Of a stretch of DNA of 64,000 nt, positions 54,998 through 61,784 are shown piece after piece. Below the pieces are notes generated by a model that saw only the letters and a list, made by a program, of their open reading frames with translations, did no database searches and had not been told where the DNA came from. Source of the stretch: a virus. Its lineage: Duplodnaviria > Caudoviricetes. Position numbers and translations under genes: made by a program. The first letter of the stretch is position 1, and each line of letters starts with the position of its first letter. The stretch is taken from positions 3,427 through 67,426 of IMG/VR virus record IMGVR_UViG_3300037400_004179. The stretch is one strand, 5' to 3'.

Positions 54998-57783
54998 GAC
55001 AGGCTCGCAAGCAGACTGTTAATGATGAATCTGTGATCGTTCGACATCTGCTGCGTGACGAACGCGTGCTTGCAGTCGTTGTCGCAGACCTGCCACGCCT
55101 CCGCCTGGACGAGATCGACCTGCACCCATTCGGCGAGGAGATTCCCGTCGGAATCGGAGTACCGCTCGATTAGCTTGACGCCGAGCGTGCCGGGGGTCGT
55201 GCGCTCGGGATTCGCGCGGGCGAGCTCGTTGAGGTAGTCCCAGAACGCGTCTCCGCGGATGCGGCGCGGTTCGATGATCCATTTCCTGTGCGACCAGATG
55301 CGCGTGCGGCGGCGGCGCTTCACGTCGTAGTATTCCTGTCTCGCGCCGTGCTTGATGAACTTGTAGTCCTTGGCGCTGAACTTCCACCGCCCCGCGAGAT
55401 AGCTGTAGGTGCATAGTCCGTCGTGGAGTCCAAATGCGTTGACCGAATCGTTGAGGCTCACGCTGTCGGCGTCTGACGGAGCCTCGTTTATCTCCGACTG
55501 CTGGTTGCGGTACTTCACGACGTAGTGCTTCCCGCGCTCGTCCTCCCAGTGGTAGCGCTGAATCTGCGGAACCGCCGTCACGGTCTCGGTCGTGTTGTTC
55601 GCCGTTCCGTTCCCCGTGAGATGCCCCGACTTGTGGACGATCTGGCCCTTCGTAAAGGCCGTTTCCGGGTTCTGGAGCTCCTTTTCGTTCTTCGTGACGG
55701 AGTGGCGGTGGGTGAAGCTGTCGCGTGTGCAGCCCTCGCCCGTTTTTCCCGCCGGCTTCTCACCCTCGGTAGTCTCCACCGTGTCGTAGAGCCCGCCGTC
55801 CGTCCTGCGGTTGGAGACGGACTTGCCGACCTCCGTTGGATCGGGAAGCGGCGCAGACTGGTTGCGGTTCACGACGCGCACGGTGAGTCCGTTCAGAGTC
55901 ATGCGGGCGGTTCGCTCGGCCTTCGGCACGGACTTCTCGACGGTCTCGCCTTCCTCGATGCGGTACGCGCCGTTCGAGGTGCGCGAAACGCGGCGTTCGC
56001 GTATCACGCCGCCGCCGGCTTCTTCGACATGCGTAAAGCCGGGGTCGTCCGACTGCACCGTGGTCTTGGAATGGCGATGCGCGTAGAGCGTCTTCGAACA
56101 TGATTCGGCAAGTTTCAGAAGTGCGTTTGGTACGAGCTTGCGAATAACCTGGTTCCAGAGTCCGCCCGGCGTCTTCGTGTTCTCGACGCTTTCCCCTATG
56201 TCCGTCGGATCGGGGGCTTTGCTCGGCTGGTTGCGGCGGTGCGTCGTCTTCACCGTTCCATCAAGGCCGATGGACGTCGATTCGCTTGCGTCGCCTACGG
56301 GAAGCTCCGTGGTCGTCGAGTCGCTGATCTGGTACGCGCCGTTCGAGGTGCGCGAAACGCGGCGTTCGCGTATCACGCCGCCGCCAGCAGATGAAACGTC
56401 CGACGCTCCGGGATCGGCGCTCTGCACTTTCGTGTTCGAGTGCGAATGCTGGAACACCGTCTTGCTGCAAGCATCGCCGATCTTTATCAGCGTGTTCTTT
56501 ACGAGCGTGCGTATCGTGACGTTCCAGAGCCCCCCTTCCGTCCTGGCGTTCTCGACGCTCTCGCCAATGTCCGTCGGCTCTGGCGCGGGAGCGGACTGGT
56601 TGCGGTGCGTCACGGAGCGCGTCTTTCCCGAAAGTCCGACATGCACCGCTTCGTGGGATTTCTGAACCGGCTTTTCGGTTGTCGTCGAATCCGTTATCTG
56701 GTATGCGCCGTCGGCGGTGCGCGATACGCGCTTGTCGTGGACCACGCCCCCTTCCGCCTCTTCGACATGGGAGAAGCCGGGGTCGTTCGACTGGACCGTC
56801 GTGTTGGAGTGCGAATGGGCGAACAGCGTCTTGCGGCAGCTTTCGGCGATCCTGATGAGGGCGTTGGGAACAAGCTTGCGGAACACACGCCGCCAGAGGC
56901 CCCCTTCGGTTTTCGTGTTCTCGACGTGCTGGCCGATGTCAAGGCCGTCCGTCGGAAGCGGCTCGGACATGTTGAGGTCGGTCGTGGTCTTGACGGTTCC
57001 CGTAAGACCGACGGATACGGATTCGGAGTGCTTCGGCGACGCAAGCTCCTTCACCATTTCGTTGTGAACGTCGTGCGTGCAGTCGGCGTTCTTCGTGACC
57101 TTGCGGCGAACGATCTTCCCGCCGCCGACGGAAGCCTGCTTGCCGCCTGCGTCAAGTTCGCCGCGGACGCCGTGGTGGACCTCCTCCCGCGTCTCGTGCG
57201 TCGTCGTGACGCCTGTGACGTATTCGGGAATGTCCTGTTGGACGCGTTCGCGCTTCTCGATGGCATACGAGTAGAGGCCGTTTTCAGGATCGCGCGAGAG
57301 GTTGATGATGTGATAGGAGATTCCAGATTCGGAAGCCGGAGCCTGCGGCACGGACTCTTGCCGCCAGTAGTAGGTCAGCGAGACTTTGTAAGCGCATCCG
57401 TCTTCGACGAGGTATGGGCCGTCGCCTATCGCCTCGGGCTCGAGCGCAAGCGCGTGGTAGAGACGGATTGCATGGACGCTTCCGACGGACTTGTTCGATA
57501 TTTCGTACCACGCCCGGATGGGCGTCCATGCCGGATCTACGGTCTGCCCATAAAGCTGGAGGGTTGAACGACAGTCGTCCGAAGCGAGATATTCAAGAAG
57601 CAGAGGGCAAAGCTCCTCGTCCATCTTCACCTCTTCGACAAAGCGGACGAGAGTCTTTTCGTGGAACTGGTATTTCCACTTCCCCCTGTTCAGCACCTGC
57701 CACTTTCGCGCGGGCGCCGTGCACCACTTGGCGCACTTGACTATCTCTGCCTCGGACAACGCCATGACACACCTCCTTACCAC
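54994..57783 (-). CDS. 929-aa tail-region protein with 3-4 internal ~123-aa repeats
   Basis: Recurring RNQS.P.P.T.IG.SVEN..T.GGLW and H.HS.T.VQS.DPG; identical 55-bp DNA at 55962-56016 and 56331-56385. Confidence 0.6.
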   Translation of the reverse strand: MVRRCVMALSEAEIVKCAKWCTAPARKWQVLNRGKWKYQFHEKTLVRFVEEVKMDEELCPLLLEYLASDDCRSTLQLYGQTVDPAWTPIRAWYEISNKSVGSVHAIRLYHALALEPEAIGDGPYLVEDGCAYKVSLTYYWRQESVPQAPASESGISYHIINLSRDPENGLYSYAIEKRERVQQDIPEYVTGVTTTHETREEVHHGVRGELDAGGKQASVGGGKIVRRKVTKNADCTHDVHNEMVKELASPKHSESVSVGLTGTVKTTTDLNMSEPLPTDGLDIGQHVENTKTEGGLWRRVFRKLVPNALIRIAESCRKTLFAHSHSNTTVQSNDPGFSHVEEAEGGVVHDKRVSRTADGAYQITDSTTTEKPVQKSHEAVHVGLSGKTRSVTHRNQSAPAPEPTDIGESVENARTEGGLWNVTIRTLVKNTLIKIGDACSKTVFQHSHSNTKVQSADPGASDVSSAGGGVIRERRVSRTSNGAYQISDSTTTELPVGDASESTSIGLDGTVKTTHRRNQPSKAPDPTDIGESVENTKTPGGLWNQVIRKLVPNALLKLAESCSKTLYAHRHSKTTVQSDDPGFTHVEEAGGGVIRERRVSRTSNGAYRIEEGETVEKSVPKAERTARMTLNGLTVRVVNRNQSAPLPDPTEVGKSVSNRRTDGGLYDTVETTEGEKPAGKTGEGCTRDSFTHRHSVTKNEKELQNPETAFTKGQIVHKSGHLTGNGTANNTTETVTAVPQIQRYHWEDERGKHYVVKYRNQQSEINEAPSDADSVSLNDSVNAFGLHDGLCTYSYLAGRWKFSAKDYKFIKHGARQEYYDVKRRRRTRIWSHRKWIIEPRRIRGDAFWDYLNELARANPERTTPGTLGVKLIERYSDSDGNLLAEWVQVDLVQAEAWQVCDNDCKHAFVTQQMSNDHRFIINSLLASLS

Positions 57784-58118
57784 TCGTCGCCGGACACGGG
57801 GACGCGCGCGTTCTCGAAGTCTGCGCTCTTACCGACGATCCAGTCGTCGCCGAGCAGCTCGCCGAACAGCTCGCCGTTCAGGGCGGGCATGGTCGCGGGA
57901 GCCGTCCACTTGCCCGTGCTCGCGTCAAAGCCGTACACGTAGTCGACGGGCGAGCCGCCGGAGTTCGCGCGCTTGCGGAACGTGAGCGTGTAGTCGCCCT
58001 CGGTCCCCTCTGTCGTCGACACTGCGCTGCGGAAGACGTAGCCGCCCATCGCTGGGCGCTTCGCGGCGTCGTTCACGGAACTGCCGACGATCGTTTCAAG
58101 TGCCTCTGGAAATTTCAT
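57777..58118 (-). CDS. hypothetical protein
   Basis: MKFPEALETIVG start after AAAGG RBS; 113 aa. Confidence 0.55.
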   Translation of the reverse strand: MKFPEALETIVGSSVNDAAKRPAMGGYVFRSAVSTTEGTEGDYTLTFRKRANSGGSPVDYVYGFDASTGKWTAPATMPALNGELFGELLGDDWIVGKSADFENARVPVSGDEW

Positions 58119-58144
58119 TTTTGTTAACCTTTCAGTTAAGTGTT

Positions 58145-58492
58145 TTATGATCTGAAAACCGCCGCGGCCTGCTGTTTCAGTGTCTGCGCAAGCTGGAGGT
58201 TCACGGAATCCGTGATCCCCTGCTCGTAGCAGCGCGCGGCGGCGAAATAGACTATGCCGAGACGCCAGCGCTCGTCGAACGAGACCTCGAACGACAGCAG
58301 TTCCTGCATGTCGGACGGAAAGTCCACGCTGGCGATGCGGCATCCGACGTAGCGGGACGCGGCGCGTTCGCGCCACATCTCGCGGAAGGCCTCGGCAACG
58401 TTCTGCGCAAGGTCTTCGTCGGCATAGCCGTCCTCCGTAACGTCAAGGACTTTCCTGACGTCAGGCAGAAGCTGGGCCACGGTGCATGTCAT
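58145..58492 (-). CDS. head-tail adaptor-like protein
   Basis: 115 aa helical; TVAQLL.DVR.VL, IVYFAAARCYE pattern typical of adaptors. Confidence 0.55.
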   Translation of the reverse strand: MTCTVAQLLPDVRKVLDVTEDGYADEDLAQNVAEAFREMWRERAASRYVGCRIASVDFPSDMQELLSFEVSFDERWRLGIVYFAAARCYEQGITDSVNLQLAQTLKQQAAAVFRS

Positions 58493-59059
58493 TTACTTCA
58501 CCTCGCAATCCTTGCACGCGCCGCCGGGATTGCAGGATCCGTCGGGACATGCGGCAGAATCCGAAGCGGACAGCGGCGCAACCGTCGCGGTCGGAGTAAT
58601 CTTGGTATCGCCGAGCTTACCCGAAAGCCAGTCCGCGCCAGCACCGAGCAAGCGTTCGGCCGCACCGCCAGCGGCGGACGTTCCGGCGTTGCCCTTGTTC
58701 ACGGGGATGTCAAGCGCGGTGTCGGTGTCGGTCGTGACGGTCGGCGTGTTCTTCGGCGCGTTCGACATCGTTTCCGTGCCGCTCGTCTCGTTCGCCTGGG
58801 CCTGCGAAACGAACTCCGCCCCGAAGTTGAACGTCGCCCTGCCGCCGTCCTTCACGATGTACTCGACGCGCGTGTTGGCGGTCTGCGCCCTCTGCGCCGT
58901 GGGCTGTTCGCCCATCTTGCATCCTGCGACCGACGCGAACAGCGCGGCCATGACGAGCATCGCGCACGCCTTCTTCGCCTTGCCGCACTTGGCGGCGACC
59001 TTTGCCTTGCCCTTCGCGACCTTGGCCGCAACCTTCTCCTTGATCTTGTTGACCTTCAT
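58493..59059 (-). CDS. lipoprotein (spanin-like or exclusion protein)
   Basis: Basic N-terminus, hydrophobic stretch, lipobox SVAG|C. Confidence 0.55.
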   Translation of the reverse strand: MKVNKIKEKVAAKVAKGKAKVAAKCGKAKKACAMLVMAALFASVAGCKMGEQPTAQRAQTANTRVEYIVKDGGRATFNFGAEFVSQAQANETSGTETMSNAPKNTPTVTTDTDTALDIPVNKGNAGTSAAGGAAERLLGAGADWLSGKLGDTKITPTATVAPLSASDSAACPDGSCNPGGACKDCEVK

Positions 59060-59098
59060 GATGTCCTCCTGTTTCGTTGTTTTGATTTGCGGATGGCG

Positions 59099-59395
59099 TT
59101 ACTTGACGATGGCGTCGATAACCTTGTCGATCATCGCGTCGTCAATGTACTTGTCGATCTTCGAGTCGCACTGCACGTTCACCGCGTCGAGCTCGTCGGG
59201 ACCAAGTACGCCGTCGGCGAACGCACCGCAGTACGCAGCGGTGACTTCCGACACGTCGTTGGCGATGTCGAGGACCTTGGCCTGACGCTCGTCAAACTTG
59301 CGCTTGGCAAGCTCCGCGTTCATCGCGTGGATGCCGTTTTTCAGCGTCTCACGCGAGACGCACTTCTTCACGAACCACTTGAGTAGTGTCTTCAT
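59099..59395 (-). CDS. hypothetical lysis-region protein
   Basis: 98 aa; AAAGGAAACAAC RBS. Confidence 0.55.
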   Translation of the reverse strand: MKTLLKWFVKKCVSRETLKNGIHAMNAELAKRKFDERQAKVLDIANDVSEVTAAYCGAFADGVLGPDELDAVNVQCDSKIDKYIDDAMIDKVIDAIVK

Positions 59396-59417
59396 GTTGT
59401 TTCCTTTCGGTTTGGGT

Positions 59418-59720
59418 TTACTCCGAAGGCGACGAGCCTACGGAAATCAGATTGGGCGCGGCCTTCGTCACGCCGTTGAAGCCCTCCTTGCCGAGCGCAC
59501 CGAAGATCAGCGCGAGGACGACGAGTACAAGAATGCCGATGACCGCCATGACAAGTCGGTTCAGGAGCTGGCGCTGATTCGCGCCCTGCTCCTTGGTGGT
59601 GTTGAACAGCGTCTTGATCTGCTCGCTCTGCGTCGCATCCGCCTTCTGGAGCTCCGTTATCGCCTTCGTGTTTTCGCGCGTAACGTCGCGCAGTCGCGCA
59701 AACTCTTCTTTTGTGCACAT
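59418..59720 (-). CDS. holin-like membrane protein
   Basis: Coiled coil followed by one long TM helix (LVMAVIGILVLVVLALIFGAL). Confidence 0.5.
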   Translation of the reverse strand: MCTKEEFARLRDVTRENTKAITELQKADATQSEQIKTLFNTTKEQGANQRQLLNRLVMAVIGILVLVVLALIFGALGKEGFNGVTKAAPNLISVGSSPSE

Positions 59721-59737
59721 TCGGAGTTTTCCCTTTC

Positions 59738-60247
59738 TCAGTCTGCCAGACACTGCGCCAGGAGCGCCGCGACCTGCTCGTCGGTCCAGCCGACCACTGT
59801 TTTTAGTTCCGCCACCCCTTGTTTGAAGTATGGGTCGTCGTCACGGAAGTCGTTTGCGATCATGAATGCGTCCCACAGGTCGTTGGCCTCAAGCCATGCC
59901 TTAACCTGTGGCCACACACCCGCGCCTCGTAGAACTAAGTACGCCTTGTACTTTGAGTATATCGTCGGCACTGCTGCGCCGATTGCCGCCTTTGCCTCGC
60001 GTACCCAGAGCTGCGCCGTGATCACATCCATGTTGATCGCGTTTTCGGCTACCCGCGTCTTCACCGATCCATCTGGCTGCACCTCAAACGCACCAAACAC
60101 CTCGATGTGCGTCACCGTCTCACCCTTGCGCTCGATGCGCGGGTTCGTCGCTGGAATCTCCTCCGGCGAAAATGTCGCCTCTCGTATTTCAATGGCGCTT
60201 GCCGCCACAGCCGCAAAAGCCATTATTACTATCAGTAGTTTCTTCAT
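59738..60247 (-). CDS. tail-fibre-assembly-like protein with signal-peptide-like N-terminus
   Basis: Starts MKKLLIVIMAFAAVAASA, overlapping RT stop (ATGA); C-terminus F..DDPYF...VGWTDEQV..LL. Confidence 0.55.
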   Translation of the reverse strand: MKKLLIVIMAFAAVAASAIEIREATFSPEEIPATNPRIERKGETVTHIEVFGAFEVQPDGSVKTRVAENAINMDVITAQLWVREAKAAIGAAVPTIYSKYKAYLVLRGAGVWPQVKAWLEANDLWDAFMIANDFRDDDPYFKQGVAELKTVVGWTDEQVAALLAQCLAD

Positions 60248-61356
60248 GGTGTGTTCCTTTCCTGTTCGGGGTTTATGGTTAAAACGCCGCTCTCGGCTTC
60301 CTTTGCGGTAATGCCGACGGCCTTGAAAATCTGCGAATACTTCCCGTCGCGCCATCTGCGCTTCAAGCCTTGCGCGTCGCTGTTCTTTATGTAGCCGTAA
60401 AGCGACGCAAGCGCAAGCATCTGCCTGTAGTCCAGTTCGTCCCACTTGCGCGACATAAGCCGCTCGATGTGGCGCATCACCTTGCGGCCCGGAAGTATTC
60501 GGTCGTCCTCGATCCGCCAACCGCCGCGCTCTACGGCGTGGTGTCCGGCGGGATAGTGCGCCCATTCGTGCGCCGCAAGCCCGCGCTCCGCGCACCATTC
60601 CTCGACGGCCTCGCGGATTTCGTGCGCCGCTCCCTTCGCCTTTGTTATGTAGGCGGAGTTGTCAAGGTGGCGGGCGTAGCCGAGGCATCCCTTGTGCCCC
60701 TCGACAAGCGCGTCCATCGGCGCGAGTACCATGTTCGCGATCATCGCGGAATATCCCGCGCCAATCGGCAAGCCGTCGCGCTGCCCAAGAAAAACCTCGA
60801 TGAGGTTGCGCACCTCCGGCTCTCCGAAAAGCCGCCACATGGTGTCGCGCATGAGGCCGTAGCCGAGGGATTCGTAGTACCCGGCCATGTCATACTCGCT
60901 CACCCACGCCCGCCACTTGTTCCGCGCGTTCGGGTGTCCCTTGTTCCAGATTCGGCAAACGTTCTCGGCGCGGCGGATTCTGCGGCTCAACTCCGTCGCA
61001 AGCAACAGCCCGCCGCGTTCCGGCACGGGGCAGTACGAATGGCGCGACATTCTCGCGTAGGCTCTCGGCTCCATCTGCTGAACGCAAGCGCGGACGCACA
61101 TCGCGTCCTGTGGCTCGTAGCAGCGGACGTGCCGCAGTTTGCCGTGTTCCATCGTGTCAAACTCCACGAAACGCCCAAGGCGCAAGCCCCCGGCGATCCT
61201 GTCGAGGACGTACTTCGTCCAGTAGTCCTCGCGGAGAATGAGGTCGAGCGCGAAGCCGTTGCGCTTGCACCGCTTCGTCTGCGCCTCCTTGCGGACGGCG
61301 GCGCGGCAGTTTTCGACCGTGACGATCTTCCGCCAAACATCCCAGATGTGGGTCAT
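60244..61356 (-). CDS. DGR reverse transcriptase (divergent)
   Basis: GKLRHV, motif A EYDMAGYYESL, motif B GLPIGAGYSA, motif C YARHLDNS; directly downstream of TR; GGAGG RBS before ATG 61356. Confidence 0.88.
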   Translation of the reverse strand: MTHIWDVWRKIVTVENCRAAVRKEAQTKRCKRNGFALDLILREDYWTKYVLDRIAGGLRLGRFVEFDTMEHGKLRHVRCYEPQDAMCVRACVQQMEPRAYARMSRHSYCPVPERGGLLLATELSRRIRRAENVCRIWNKGHPNARNKWRAWVSEYDMAGYYESLGYGLMRDTMWRLFGEPEVRNLIEVFLGQRDGLPIGAGYSAMIANMVLAPMDALVEGHKGCLGYARHLDNSAYITKAKGAAHEIREAVEEWCAERGLAAHEWAHYPAGHHAVERGGWRIEDDRILPGRKVMRHIERLMSRKWDELDYRQMLALASLYGYIKNSDAQGLKRRWRDGKYSQIFKAVGITAKEAESGVLTINPEQERNTP

Positions 61357-61613
61357 GCCGCCGCCCTCCTGTTGAAGTTCGTTTTCAGGGCATCTCTTTC
61401 CGCTCGCGCCTCTTCCAACGGTCGCAAGCAACCTACCAAGCCGCGCTTCTTAAGCGGAGATTGACTCGCGACCCGCGCCTTGCGGCGCACATCCGGCGCG
61501 AACGCCAGACGGACGGAATCGCCTTTAATGAGTTGCGGCGTTTCCGCCGCGTGATTGAGAACAATGCGCTGCAAGGTTGGGCAAGGAAAGAAACAAATAC
61601 CGCCCTGCGTAGG

Positions 61614-61711
61614 TGTGCGACCGCCCCAGTTGTTGCCGTTGGCGTTGGACGGCCCGTTGTTCGAGTTCACGTACCACGGGCCAATCGCGTTGTTGCGGTT
61701 GTTCGACAGCG
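61614..61711 (-). ncRNA. DGR template repeat (TR)
   Basis: 98 bp; 11 AAC codons in the VR frame; 85/98 identical to VR. Confidence 0.95.
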
Positions 61712-61784
61712 TGCGCATGGTTCAAATTTCCGTCGGTTTATCCTCGTTTGGTCTTTCCTTGTGGCATCCCAGATTGTTTTCCGC

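Noticed and set aside
60244-61356. RT as group II intron, retron or Abi-type RT
   Set aside because: The adjacent TR/VR pair with adenine-only differences identifies a DGR; no maturase/endonuclease extension or msr-msd seen.
61353-61718. 121-aa Asn-rich ORF between target and RT
   Set aside because: It is the translation of the AAC-rich TR plus spacer and does not resemble Avd; treated as non-coding template RNA.
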